From positions 34,348,001-34,412,000 of the forward strand of contig NC_043013.1 of assembly GCF_006345805.1 (NCBI RefSeq): a stretch of 64,000 bases of DNA, written 5' to 3'. Under the pieces are notes generated by a model. It ran no database searches, had not been told where the DNA came from, and saw only the letters and a program-made list of their open reading frames with translations. Numbering within the stretch: the stretch's first letter is position 1; every line of letters starts with the position of its first letter. Origin of the DNA: Octopus sinensis (Eukaryota). Positions 12,410 through 26,618 of the stretch are shown piece by piece. A program made the position numbers and the translations under genes.

Positions 12410-12775
12410 AAAGCCTGAAATTTTTTGAGAAGGGACTAATCGACTAAATCAACCCCAGGGTTTCACTGGTGCTTAATCTATCAACCCTGATTGGATGAAA
12501 GGTAAAGTTGATCCTGATGGAATTTGAACTCAGAACATAAAACCGGATAAAATGTTGCTAAGCATTTTTTCTGGCATACTAATAATTCTTTTCTATTCTA
12601 GACCCAAGGCCTGAAATTTTTGGAGAGGGCCAGTCAATTAGATCAACTCCAGTACACAAAAGGTTCAAATGCAAAGTCGACCTCGGTGGAATTTGAACTC
12701 AGAATGTAAAGACAGATGAAATGCTGCTAAGCATTGTTGTCCAGTGTGCTAACATTTCTGCCAGCTCACCGACTT
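12410..12775 (-). mobile_element. Two tandem SINE family B copies
   Basis: GAATTTGAACTCAGAA occurs at about 12520 and 12690, each with family B flanks. Confidence 0.7.
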
Positions 12776-13559
12776 ATTGTGCAAGACTATAATGACAGAT
12801 AGTGTGAACAGAGAGATGATTATTAGTACAAGATGGAAAGATGAAGGTAATGGTAAACAGTAGCAAGTACAATAAGTCCAATGTATGTCTTAAGGTCAGA
12901 GGAGAATGAATGTGGAGGACAGTGGTTGGAAGATTCAAAGAAGATGAGGCTCATACTTAAAGAAGCTGAAGAGTGAATGATATGGAAATGAAAGATACCA
13001 GGCAAAATTAAGGCAATGAGGATGTTTATGGGGGTCTTGAAATAACCAACTGAAGTGACTGGTGTTTTGAAAATTCACTCTTTTATGGTGGAGACCTTAT
13101 GGTTCAAATTTTCAATACTTAGATACATTTTGATTGGTCAAGGATGGTCATAACATCAGAAAACAGAAAAAGAATTTTATATGTTCTCCATGATGCTCTT
13201 GTATTAATCAACCTTTACAATGCATTCAGAGAGAGAGAGAGTAAAAGAGAGAGATAGAGAAAGAGACAATGTAAGTGTTGCAGGATGATTGCACATACTA
13301 TGCTTGGTGGCAGGAGGAGGAAAATGAGGAATTAACAGAGTAGTTTCTGTAAGAGTTTTACAAATGAGAAATCTGTTTGATTGTATTTTAATGCAAGAAA
13401 CATTTTACTTGAAAAAATTAGTATTCATTTCATTATTGTGTATAAAGACCAAGAAATCTGATAAAAGTTTAATTAAATTTATTGTAAGTTGTATCTCCCG
13501 GTATAACACACTGTGACAAAAACATACTTCCAAAATTACCCATCATATGGCTGGTAACA

Positions 13560-14110
13560 CTCTAGTATATACATTTATAAGAGTATACATGTATACACAC
13601 ACATTTATGTATATGTACATACACATACATATATATATGCATATGCATATATATGTATGTATGTATATATATATATATATGGATGTGTATATATATGCTT
13701 GTGTAAATATATCCATGTGCATATATGTATGTACACATATATGTATGTGCATATGTACATACATATATATATATATATATGCACATATATGTGTATATGT
13801 ACATTTATATATATGTGTGTGTACATATATATATATATATATACATATACATATGTGTATGTACATATATATACATATGTATATACATACACAAATACAC
13901 ACAGACAAACATATATATACTTGCATATACAAAAATGCATTTATATATATATACATAAATAAATGTACATGCAGATAGATATATAGACACCTATGTACAT
14001 ACACACATATTAGTGTAAGAGTGTATACATCTATAAATGTATGCATATATGTACGTACGAATGTATGCAAGTATGTATGTATGAACATCTCCCTATATGT
14101 GTGAATACAC
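13560..14110. repeat. Degenerate (TA)/(TG)/(CA) low-complexity region
   Basis: Directly visible. Confidence 0.9.
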
Positions 14111-14714
14111 ATGTGCACGCATTGTTTACTCTTTTAATTTACACTTCTCCCATCAACAAAATTCATCACAGGTGTCTTTTTTAAAACCAATAACTCCTGA
14201 CATTCTACACAATCTACCGCCACGTACTGCCACCACCACCACCACCCACACAACCGAGCCACAGCAAACCACTAACCGGCCCTTCCTCCCTCACACACAC
14301 ACACACACACATTGATTACAATGTTGTTATATTTCTCCTGCATATCAACTAATCTTAAGTGCCCTAGATCTGATATGTATAATTTTATGATGCAAATTAC
14401 TACAGTTACAACAACACAATTATTGATGCACATTCAGAATTTAACACACATTAATTACATTTGCATTTTGATAAATTCTACAATTTCTAGAAGCAAACAT
14501 CACCCTCGCCACCACATTATCCTTTAAAAGAATCGTCAACACAACCACCACAACCCACCCAACAGCCTTTCCACCAAAAGCACTATTGCTAGAATATGCC
14601 ACCACCCCCATCATCCATCCATCCTCATCATCCCCACTTAATCTTACCATCTTCCCCTTATCTGTTTGTTTATAGCATTGTCTCCTGATTTTAATTGTGC
14701 TCTTCATTTGCTAT

Positions 14715-14756
14715 GATCATACATATATATCATATATACATATGTGTGTGTATATA

Positions 14757-14815
<59 letters not shown>

Positions 14816-14961
14816 TACGTATATATATATGTATATATATGTATATATATACATATATATATATACATATATATGTGTGTGTATATATATATATATATTA
14901 TATATACATATATATATATATTATAATTATATTTGCATATACATACATATATACACACATA

Positions 14962-14998
<37 letters not shown>

Positions 14999-15250
14999 AC
15001 ATATGTATGTATTCATACACACATATACATTCCTATCAGGACACATTTATACACTTGTATGCTTGTGTGTGTGTGTGTGTGTGTATGTGTGTGTGTGAGT
15101 GTATACATGTGCAAAGATGTAGAATTCATATATATACTCACTGATATGTACATCTACATAAAAATCACAGATTCAACCATGTATACAGATAGATGCACAT
15201 ACCCACATATAAATATATGTGTAAACATATATATACATATATATATATAC
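14715..15250. repeat. Compound (TA)n/(TG)n region
   Basis: Directly visible. Confidence 0.9.
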
Positions 15251-15700
15251 AATTTACTCATGAAATTTAACTGAAATTTGCATTATCTTGATCATTTAAA
15301 CAGTATCATTTCCTTTTCTCCATGTTCCCAACGTCTGACTTCCAACCTGTCTACACACCACTATCTATTTCTCCTTTCCAAATATCCTAGATTTCATTTA
15401 CTTCCACACACACCAACCCTTGACCCCTTATTCTAATACACAAACAACTTCCATCAGGAATATAAATTATGCATGATTATCTAATTAAATACAACTGTGT
15501 TTTGATCAAATACTCGTTTAAGGTTTAATTTAAATAAACACAAAAACACAAGCAATATTAAATATAATTGTGTGTGTGTACATATATGTATGTAAATATG
15601 CATGCTTGCGTACATGTTTATACCATATTTCTATGTGTATGTATAAATATATATTCATATGTATCTATATATGTTTACATGCTGTAAGTGTATGTCTATA

Positions 15701-15739
<39 letters not shown>

Positions 15740-16237
15740 ATATTGATACATATGCATGTTGAGATAGATGTATGCATGAATTTATGTATATAAACATATT
15801 TGTATTGTGTATTTTGAATTGCATGACATACAACCAGTATTTAAAACTCTATGTGCGTTGATATACACTGAAAGCGAAAACTGAAACTTCAAGTATTGAT
15901 ATAAATATCTTTAGATGTGGAATACTTGTAATTTTCTATTACTAAAAAATTCTGAAATGATATTACACTAGCTAATACACCATTTCATTGTCTCTTGTGA
16001 TTGTGTGTGTGGTTGTGTGTGTGTGTGGTTTGTGTGTGTGTGTGGTTGTGTGTGTGTGTAGTGATAGATAGGTAGATAGACAGACAGATAGGCAGATAGG
16101 TAAATAGTTAGACAAATAGATAGATATTTAGTTAGATAAGTTTCTTTATTGGCCACACAGGGCTGCACACAGATGGGACAAGTTACAAGGTAGAGCTTTT
16201 CTTTTGGGGGATGAAAAAAACAAAAAACAAAAGAAAC

Positions 16238-16275
<38 letters not shown>

Positions 16276-16377
16276 CTTTCTTTATTGGCCTCACAGGGCT
16301 GAACACAAAGGGGACAAATATAAATGTAGAGCTTTTCTTTTTGAAAATGAAAAAGGAAAAAAAAAGAAGATAGATTG

Positions 16378-16460
<83 letters not shown>

Positions 16461-16944
16461 TATAGATAGATAGATAGATAGATAGTTCTGTATGTCTTTT
16501 TCGTCTCCTGCTATATAAAGAAAGTATGTTGAAATATCTTTCTGAAAATATCTCTCGTGAAGTGAAACACTTAGAAAAATACTCCAACAGGATTAAATAT
16601 CTCAGCTACAATCTTCCCTAAACCAACATGTAAGATGACATAAGTTAAATAATTACAGAACAAGTTTATTATATATATATATATATATATATAGAACAAA
16701 TAGGGAGAGATTATCAACCTGGGCAAAATACTTCATATGCTCTCTGTTGGCACACCAGGCTAATAATATCACTTAGATTAATGAAGCACTCCAAGTAATC
16801 TTTTCATAGGGTTCTTAGTTATAATTCATCACAACCCTACATTGTAAATCCGTGGATGGGTTTCAGGTAAACTGATTTTAACAGAATGATATATGTAAGA
16901 CAAGTTAAAATAATGGTCATTATATGTAATTCCTTTATTATAGC

Positions 16945-17123
16945 AAATTTAGCTTACAGTTGTTTCCGGTAGTCTTTGTGGATTGGTCATTACAATTGGC
17001 CGAATGGCTCTGATGAAGGTATCCTAAATTTTCGTAGGTCTTCCAATTTACCTCAGTTGATCAATAAACCAATTGAGCAAACCTATCTGTAATAACTACT
17101 GGAAACTGCTGTAAGCCAAATTT
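16945..17123 (+). mobile_element. Penelope-like remnant: inverted repeat enclosing a hammerhead-like motif
   Basis: GGCT-CTGATGA (17006-17016), a long stem II, then GAAAC-TGCT-GTA-AGCC (17102-17117). The arms 16945-16973 and 17095-17123 are reverse complements with about 4 mismatches. Confidence 0.55.
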
Positions 17124-17589
17124 GACCATTATTCTAACTTGTCTATGATATATATATATATATATATATATAGATATATATATCAAATGAAATGAAAAAC
17201 AGAACTCAAAGGATGTTGAGGTACACATGTTCCGAGTTTTATAAAACAACTTATTCTTGCATCAATGTATAATCGACATAACAGATAGTTTAAAGCCCTC
17301 TTCAGTCGCATGCAATTGTTACACCAAAGACTTGTATCACATTATGAAAGGTCTGAAAAAGAACTTTTGGTATTATTTATAATGGTAGGTAAACCGAGTA
17401 TCACTGGGAAAGTATGTTTGTAAATCTTCATAATCAAATAGGTGTACAGAGTATTATTGGACTCCACAAATCCATCCATACCGTTTTCTCACTCAATATA
17501 GAGTGAATGGTGGGTAGATTCCAGTTGAGTTGATTCACTCTATATTGTTGAGTTCATTCACAGCCATCACATATACAATAGATCTCTAG

Positions 17590-17745
17590 CCACTACACAT
17601 TCTTTATTTTCTCTCCTTGTTTCTTTCTGTATTCCTTTCTGTGGAAGAGCGTAGGCTCAAAATGTTAAAGACTTTTTCACTTCCCAAGCATTATACTAAT
17701 ACATCTGTTTGTTGTTTACACCACCTGTCTTCGTCTTTTGTTTTT
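17590..17745 (+). mobile_element. Penelope-like terminal remnant with a decayed hammerhead-like motif
   Basis: CTTT-CTGTGGA-A-GAGC-GTAG-GCTC-AAAATGT-T-AAAG (17635-17670). Stems I and II pair, but the core boxes are mutated. Confidence 0.35.
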
Positions 17746-17768
17746 TTTTGTGAATTCTCCTGCTACAG

Positions 17769-18528
17769 ATCATCATCATCATCATCATCATTTAACGTCT
17801 GCTTTCCATGCTAGCATGGGTTGGACGGTTTAACTGGGGTCTGGGAAGCCCGAAGGCTGTACCAGGCCAGTCAGATCTTGCGGTGTTTCTACAGCTGGAT
17901 GCCCTTCCTAACACTAACCCCTCCGTGAGTGTAGTGGGTGCTTTTTATGTGCCACCGACACAGGTGCCAGACGAGGCTGGCGAACAGCCACGCTCGGATG
18001 GTGTTTTTTACATGCCACTGGCACGGAGGCCAGGCAGGTCTGGCACGGCCACGATCGGATGGTGTTTGTTACATGCCACCAGCACGGAGGCCAGTCGATG
18101 CGGTGCTGGCTACGGCTACGTTCGGATGGTTCTCTTATGTGCCACTGGCACTGGTACCACAAACTACAAATTCCATTGATGTGGATCGATTTCGATTTGA
18201 TTTGATTCTTTGATTTTGATTTTGATTTTCACTTGCCTCAACAGGTCTTCACAAGTAGAGTTATGTGTCCCAAGAATGAAGGTATGCACAGGTAGACTGA
18301 CTACGTCCCAGGTAGGGGCCACGGGTTATGGCCTCACTTGTCCTGCCGGGTCTTCACACGCACAGCATACTTCCAAAGGTCTCGGTCTCTGGTCATTTCC
18401 TCAGTGAGACCTAAAGACCGAAGGTCGTGTTTCACCACCTCATCCCAGGTTTTCCTGAGTCTACTTCTTCCACAGGTTCCCTCAACCGCTAGGGTGTGGC
18501 ACTTTTTCACACAACTATCTTCATCCAT
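17769..18528 (-). mobile_element. 5'-truncated RTE-clade LINE (ORF C-terminus, 3' UTR and (GAT)n tail)
   Basis: ORF 18528->18334 reads DEDSCVKKCHTLAVEGTCGRSRLRKTWDEVVKHDLRSLGLTEEMTRDRDLWK, the RTE C-terminal motif GxRxRGRPRKTW...DR..W. The 3' UTR and tail follow. Confidence 0.85.
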
Positions 18529-19361
18529 TATATATATATATATAATTTATTTTCTAGAGAAAATTTTCTCTATATATATAGGACATGTCAAAGTGCTCAG
18601 TACAATAAAGAACCACATGAACCATTTAATAATAACCAAATAATATGTCTAATATAACTATCATATTTACTACCAATAATAATAACAACAACAATAACAG
18701 CAGCTTCTAGGATTATTATTTAACAGCAGAGATTTGAAAATATTGGCTTAAATACGAATGTCAAGAACAGCAACACTAACAGCAAATATTAATTTAGATA
18801 AAAAAAAGTCATATTTAACATTGGCAAACTGAAGAAACTTTATGTAGTTTTAGACATTTATCACAGTTCTTCACCGTTCTTCAATTGTATTTGTTTTATT
18901 GACTGCAGAAAAGTGAAAAAGAAATAAGTCTACCTTTTGAAAGATTTGAACTCAAAATGCAAATGGCTGCCCTCTTATATTCAGACAATCAGCCTGTCTT
19001 TTTCTTAGTGGCATATCACTTTTGGTGAGTTCTTGATTTTTTTTAGTTGGTACCTACTGCTGCCAAGTGATATAGACCTACCCTCTGTAGAAGTAAAGGT
19101 AATTTTAATAATTCAACAATTTATCCTGTATATACTATATATTCTTCATATCTATATATCTATCTATCTGTCTGCCTGCTTGTCTGTCTGTCTGATTATC
19201 TATATGTCTCTCTGTCTATTTATCCATCCATGTTTCCATCTATCCATCTATCTATCTATCTATATATCTATCTTTTCATCTATCTATCTATATAGTTATC
19301 TATCTATCTATCTATCAATCTATCTATCTGTCTATCTGTCTTTTCATGTCTATCTATATAG

Positions 19362-19398
<37 letters not shown>

Positions 19399-20486
19399 CA
19401 TCCATCCATTCATATATTTATCCATTCATCTATGTGTCTCTCTCCCTCTTTCTCTCTCTCTTTATGTGTTGTGTGTGGTGTGTTGTTTGTGTTTGTATCA
19501 TTACCGTCATCATTGTTTTAAAATTGGCTTTTCCATGCATACATTAGTCATATGTAATATAATAATATAAAATAATATATAATACTATATAATATATATA
19601 TACACAAACACATATATATATATGCCTATATCATATACATACATACATAAATATATGCATGCACATATATTTGCACACATATATATGCATACGTACAAGT
19701 TAATAAATAGAATATGACCTCAAGAAATGAAATTAAAATACAACATTAATAATGAAAATAATATACATAATAATTATGCAAAGAAAATAGCAATATAAAT
19801 AACAACATGATCCACGTTCCTACACCAAAAATAAGTTCTAAAATTCCTCTAAAATTGTAAACAAAAACAATGAAGTGAAGACCAAAATAGTACAATGAGT
19901 GTGGGGTATATATAATAGAATATAACATTGCTGTCTATTGAATATTTATTAATTGCATAGCAATTAAAAGATGTGATATTTGCTAAATAACCAACAAAAT
20001 ATTCATAATTTTTGATAGTGGATAAAGGAAAAAGAAGTAAAATATGACTGATAAAATAATGACATGACAAATATTTAAAAATACAGGAAAATTGAAATAT
20101 AAAGAAAGCAAAACTGAAACAGAAACTGAATAAATTAAATTTTATTTGCGAGGAAATTTATGAAATAACAAAAAGAAAAATATCTATAGAACAGCAGAAA
20201 AAGTAACTGGTTGAGTCAATGATGTTGATATTGATGATGATGATGATGACGGTAGGATGCCAAAATTTTTTTTTTTTTTGCTGCTGTTGTTAACCATTTC
20301 TTTGTGGTAGCACTAATTGGATTCAGTTCCAACACAATAATTTTCCACTATATGTAAAGAAAGTGCGTATCAAACACACATCTACAACATACATTCACAA
20401 ACATATATACAAACACATATGCACGCAAATATGTGTGCGTATATATATATGATGTCAAGAAAAGCAGATAATGATAAATAATGATC

Positions 20487-20530
<44 letters not shown>

Positions 20531-20927
20531 CATACACACACGTCTCATTATTTATTATCTTCCTTGCCATTATCTACCTCATTGATTGGATTGTCTTGAT
20601 CAGTAATCTATGCCTAGATACCCTTTCTGCCATTAAACCATAACCTGATTTTTAATAAGATTCTTTGTTTTGTATCTTCATATATTGAATCATTGTCACT
20701 TGTTTTGTTTATAGATAATTAGCAATATTACAATTGTGCTAGAAGCATAAATGCAAAATAAATATGCATATATGCATATATATAAGCTCATATGCAAATA
20801 TTTAGGTGTGTGCCTATGTTATATATACACACACAAACATATATATATATATAGATAGATAGATATATATGTATGTATATATATATACATATATGCATAT
20901 CAATACATATACTCACTCTTACAGATA

Positions 20928-20970
<43 letters not shown>

Positions 20971-20981
20971 TCACTCATGTA

Positions 20982-21029
<48 letters not shown>

Positions 21030-21299
21030 AGAATTCACAACGACCTCGAACCCGAAAAAGAAAGAGACAGAGACAGGCAGTAACAAGGAAAATGCCCCTT
21101 GTATTTGAATACTATGCAAATATTCTTTTAAAATAATTTCCATTTAATTTTTCCAGAATTTAATTGTTTTCCATACTTACAGTTGATAAAGTCTCAATGA
21201 ATGAAACCGGTACTGAAATGTATTTTATAAAATTATTTTAGAATTTTCTACCTTGACTTTTTTTCCATATACATATACATATATATATATATATATATA

Positions 21300-21520
21300 T
21301 TGCCAACAGGAGGCTAAACATAGTGGGGAGTAAAGAAGGACAGACAAAAGGATTAAGTCAATTACATCGATGACCCCAGTGTGTAACCGGTACTTATTCA
21401 ATTAATCTGGAAAGGATGAAAGGCAAAGTCGACCTTGGCAGAATTTGAACTCAGAACGTAGCAGCAGACAAAATACTGCTAAGCATTTCGCCCAGCGTGC
21501 TAACGTTTCTGCCAGCTAGC
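21300..21520 (-). mobile_element. SINE family B
   Basis: GAAAGGATGAAAGGCAAAGTCGACCTTGGCAGAATTTGAACTCAGAACG...TTCTGCCAGCT. Confidence 0.8.
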
Positions 21521-21521
21521 C

Positions 21522-21597
<76 letters not shown>

Positions 21598-21897
21598 CAT
21601 ACACACACTTATATACATCTGCACATACACATGCCATATATATATAAGTGTGAATGTAGAGGGAGAGGGAGATCTTTTATACATATGTCTGTTTATAGAA
21701 CAAGCTTTCAATGAAGAAACCTTACAAAATAGAGGATGAAGAGGCAGAGAAGTTATAAAGAGGAGAAGTGATAAATTAGAAGAGCTACATATAAAGAAAG
21801 AGTGAAGAAAGATATGAAAACGAGGTGTAAAGTGAGGAAATAGGGACATACACCATCGTACTAGGTACCCAGTACAAGGCAAGAGCATATTTGCTAT

Positions 21898-22125
21898 TTT
21901 AATTGACAAGGCAGCGAGCTAGCAGAAACGTTACCATGCTGGACAAAAATCCTTAGTGGTATTTTGTTTGTTTTTATATTCTAAGTTCAAATTCTGCTGA
22001 GGTCGACTTCGCCTTTCATTCTTTCAGGGTCGATAAATTAAGTATTAATTGTGTGCTGGGGACGATCTAATTGACTGGCCTCCTCTCAAAAACATTTGAG
22101 GCCTTGTGCATAGAGTAGAAAAAAT
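21898..22125 (+). mobile_element. SINE family B
   Basis: GGCAGCGAGCTAGCAGAAACG...AAGTTCAAATTCTGCTGAGGTCGAC...GGTCGATAAATTAAGT. Confidence 0.8.
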
Positions 22126-23420
22126 ATTCTTATTAACATTTGCAATAATTAGTAAAATTTGACCCAAGTTTGGAACTCAGTTCTTGGAAATTAAGAGCTA
22201 ATGAAACCAACTATTCTAAGTCACTGAGATCAGTTCTTTACAATTATTGCTCTTCTTCTGGGTTTAATAAAAATATTGGTTTAATGCAAATGAAATTTTT
22301 TATTGCTTCTGGTTTAGGAAAAAAACCTGCAATTATTGGCAGAAGTGGGGTTTTATCAATTACATCAATCCTAATATGTGACTGATGTTGTATTTTATCA
22401 GTCCGCCAGGGATGAAAAGCAAAGCTGATCTAGGCAAAATTTGAACTTAGATTTTAAAGATCCAGGAAAAATGACACAAAACATTTTGAGTGATGTTTGT
22501 ACCTCCTTGTCTTAACATGGCATGATAGTTGTAAATGAGTGCCACTATCATATAAGCTGTTTCATTCATTTCCAGTCTCTTATGAAACCATGTCCAACTT
22601 TATACTTGGAACCAGATCAAAGTTGGTGACAGGCGGCTTCAATCAGTCACTAGAAAATGAACAAATGCCATTTGACTCATGCAAACAAGGAAACGTGGAT
22701 GTGATGATGATCATGATGACCATGATATGAATAGTAATGATGATTATGATCATGATGGAAGGATACACAACCGTTTCTGTAAAGCCATCAACAAAACATC
22801 TCTGAGGATAGACATGAGCATGTTCAAGAATAGAATAACAATAGCAGTTGCAATTTTTTGACAATGACTATAAAAATCGTTATGCATAACAGTAACAGTT
22901 TTGTAATACGTAACATTGAACAGCATCATTTGCCTTCAAGACTTAAGTATATTCACAAAAGATCTTTCAATTTAATTCTTGTTTTAAGAGAGAGAAGTCT
23001 TGAAGCATTTCTGCAGCAACAGCAGTAGTGGCAATGTATTTATTTAGCCTATCACATTCTTTTCTTCCTGTCTGAAATAATATGAATATATTAATCACAT
23101 GATTATTCTATTGATTTCATAGATTTTTAAAGTAAAAACAATGTTATTTTAAGTTGACTTTTTTTTTTAAATGGGGTTTGAAATATTCAGTTAAAATAAA
23201 TACTTCATCATTGGAAATGAATTGCTTAAATTTTTCTGTCTCCTCTTCTTCAGTTTTTGTCTATTCTTTATTTTGACTTATACTATCTCAAACAAGAGAT
23301 AAGCTTTTATATATGTATATATATATGTGTGTGTGTGTGTATGTACATACACACACACACACGTATATACATATGTATGTATGTATGTATGTATAGGCAG
23401 AAAGTGAGTGTATATATATG

Positions 23421-23457
<37 letters not shown>

Positions 23458-23639
23458 TATATGTATAAACCTATTAGAATGAAAATTTCATGTTTATGAA
23501 AAAAATGTCTTAATGAAGGGAATAGGGAAGAAAAAGAGGTAATAAATATAAGGTTATTGACAGTTAACAAACAAGCTTCTTTTGATAATAATATCTAATC
23601 TTGGTTTTGACTTCTCTTTTACGTTTTTGATATAGATTT

Positions 23640-23758
23640 ATATAAACATTGCCATCACAACCATACCCATTGTTATTATTATCATTATTACCATTATTAT
23701 TATTATCGTTGTTGTTGTTGTTATTATTATTATTATTATTATATTATTATTATTATTA

Positions 23759-23810
<52 letters not shown>

Positions 23811-23850
23811 TGTTATTATTATTAGCAACAGCAGCATTGTTGTTAGTCAT
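23640..23850. repeat. (ATT)n/(GTT)n microsatellite
   Basis: Directly visible. Confidence 0.95.
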
Positions 23851-23930
23851 CTTCATCAGTCTCATTTCTCCCCCAAATCCTCCTTCCAAAAGATTTGTAT
23901 GAAGTCAGTTGACAGTTTGAGCAATAGATA

Positions 23931-23961
<31 letters not shown>

Positions 23962-24276
23962 TGTTTGCATGTATGTATGTATTTGTGTATGCACACACAT
24001 ATGCACAGCACATATACACAAGAAACATGAGTTGGCACAAAAACATACGTACAAGACTTGCACAAAAAAAAGGTTATGCATACACATGTATACACAAGCA
24101 CATATGCAAAATTTGCATTAGCACAAACAATACACAGAAATGTAACCATACTTGCATTCTAGCACAAACACACATATATGAATGCACGTGCACACACATT
24201 ACACACTGTCACATACAAAATCATCAGATGAAAATTTGAACTAAAATCAACACACCAAAGCTCACACATACTAATT

Positions 24277-24482
24277 CTTTACTACCCACAAGGGGCTAAA
24301 CACAGAGGGGACAAACGGATTAAGTCAATTATATTGACCCCAGTGCGTAACTGGTACTTATTTAATCGACCCCAAAAGGATGAAAGGCAAAGTCGACCTC
24401 GGCGGAATTTGAACTCAGAACATAACCGCAGGCGAAATACTGCTAAGAATTTCGCCCGGCGTGCTAACGATTCTACCAGCTC
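24277..24482 (-). mobile_element. SINE family B, young copy
   Basis: Nearly identical to 1215-1437, with CpGs retained. Confidence 0.85.
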
Positions 24483-24919
24483 ACACATACACACACACAC
24501 CTACTTTTCACATAGGCCAATTCTTATTCTTGTCTCCCCACATATACTTATGTACATACACACACACACATACATATACACAAACACATACATACACATA
24601 TGAATTTAAATAACTAAAGAAAAACATATTTTATTTTAAATACATCAATGAGGATACACAGTCAGTTGGCAAGGGCTAAAGATGCTCAATATAGAAATTA
24701 TAGAGCAATGTTTAAATGAATTTGGACTTAAATTCTGACTTCATGTAGGACAAGGCTCATGGCATCCAGAGTGACTAAAAGAGAAGTTCAAATCAAGCTG
24801 TTCTGGAGGCAGTAACAAAGATAAACACAAATTAGACTTAATACATATTAATGCGAAGCACAAAAATACAGAATAAACATAAAAGGTATATACATACACC
24901 CACGCACACACATATATAT

Positions 24920-25232
24920 TCTTTTACTTATTTCAGTCGTTTGACTGTAGTCATACTGGGGTACTCCCTTAGTTGAAAAAACTGACCTCAGGAAATACTA
25001 TTTGTAACCGTAGTACTTATTCTATTGGTTTCTTTTGCCAAACTGCTAAGTTACGGGGACATAAACACACTAACATCGGTTGTCAAGAGAAGTTGGGGGC
25101 ACAAACACAGACACACACATACAAATATATACATACAGCTCGAGGTTGTAGTAGAAGACACTTGCCCAGGGTGCCACACAGTGAGACTGAACCCAGAACC
25201 ATGTGGTTGGGAAGCAAAATTACCACACAAGT
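24920..25232 (-). mobile_element. SINE family A with internal deletion
   Basis: Family A tail, then GTAGAAGACACTTGCCCAGGGTGCCAC...AACCATGTGGTTGG. Confidence 0.75.
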
Positions 25233-25244
25233 CTGTGATGTCTT

Positions 25245-25372
25245 ATCTCAACAGCTGTTTCAGGAAACCACAAGTTATATCATAATCTACAGGTGACATA
25301 TACATAAAGTATGTAGCCAGTAATCTGTCAGATGATGTTATCATAGTAGGAGTGGCTTCCCTTTTCAAGAGA
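25245..25372 (-). ncRNA. Hammerhead-ribozyme-like motif (mirror copy, U3-A8 core)
   Basis: The minus strand reads TCTC-TTGAAAA-GGGAAGC...TTTCCT-GAA-ACAGCTGT-T-GAGA. Confidence 0.55.
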
Positions 25373-25392
25373 AGATTGGTAAATTATCAACC

Positions 25393-25533
25393 ATCTCTTG
25401 AAAAGGGTAGCCAGGCTTAGCATTAATAATTACATTTGACTGGTTATCGGTTGCATACCTATAACTTTATGCATATATTACCGGTAAATTATGGCTATAA
25501 CATAACTCAGCTTCCTGAAACAGCTGTCGAGAT
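25393..25533 (+). ncRNA. Type I hammerhead-ribozyme-like motif with U3-A8 core, long stem II and GUC site
   Basis: ATCTC (25393-97), TTGAAAA (25398-404), GGGTAGC...GCTTCCT, GAA, the palindrome ACAGCTGT, C, then GAGAT (25529-33). Stem I forms 5 of 5 pairs. Confidence 0.65.
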
Positions 25534-26366
25534 AAAACATTACATAATTTTCATATACAATTTTATTTCATTTTTATTTTTATTCTGTATTTTTTCTGTG
25601 CTCAATATAAATATATCTATGAATCTTAATTATGTTTACTAATTGTTTTATTACTTCAATGATGATACATTATTTTTATCATTTACACTTTATCTCTTAT
25701 TGTTTTGGGGTACTGTTTCTTGATTTCTATTTACTAATTTTCAATGTTTATGTTTTATTTTATTTGTATTTTGTAATAATTTTATCACATTTCTTTGTCT
25801 TCTAAGTGCACAGAAGGTGATCTACAGCACATTAAATACAAATTTTTTATCATGGTAATACTAATTCCTTTAGTTTTCAGCTTGAGATGATTGTTTGTCA
25901 GATAATAACCATTTCACTTTCCAATTGCTTTCATTCCTGCATGTGCACTGATATAACATTTTACACCACATATCTATCACTATAGGACTTCACAAAATAC
26001 AAAATAGATCAAGAAATGAATTGACAGAGACATCTGCATCTATTTCAATTCGAGTGACAAAAGCTTGTACAACACTTCTGTCATCTATCACTCTCCCAAT
26101 CACTGTAGTAGGTTCCAGGGACAAATATTCTTTTCTATCTACCAAATACATTCACAAGGCTTTAGTCAGCCCCAAGGCTATAAAAGAAGACATTTGCCCA
26201 AAGTGCTGCATAGTGGGACTGAACCCTGAACCATGTGGTCAGGGAATAAGCTTCTTATCAGGCAGTAAGAAAGCAGTACTCAACAGATTTGGTTGGAACA
26301 CTTTGTATTTAATTACAGTTTATCTTAGCTTCACATTAGTTAAAGTTCTGTGGATATAAGACACAT

Positions 26367-26415
<49 letters not shown>

Positions 26416-26569
26416 TACACAGGCGCACACACACGCACACATATACAAATTCATTCTGTTCACATAATTGGCAAATATAGTTTAAATACAAAGAACAATA
26501 AAATTCATAGATAACAGAAGGCTTGCATAGGTTCAGAGATTAGATATCTTGTCTGTTTGTCTCAACGTA

Positions 26570-26618
<49 letters not shown>

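Noticed and set aside
17270-17310. Minus-strand CTGAAGA motif
   Set aside because: The GAAA box reads TAAA and stem I does not pair.
22539-22730. Exon-like segment after TTCATTTCCAG
   Set aside because: It runs into an ATG microsatellite and a stop, with no donor and no recognisable homology.
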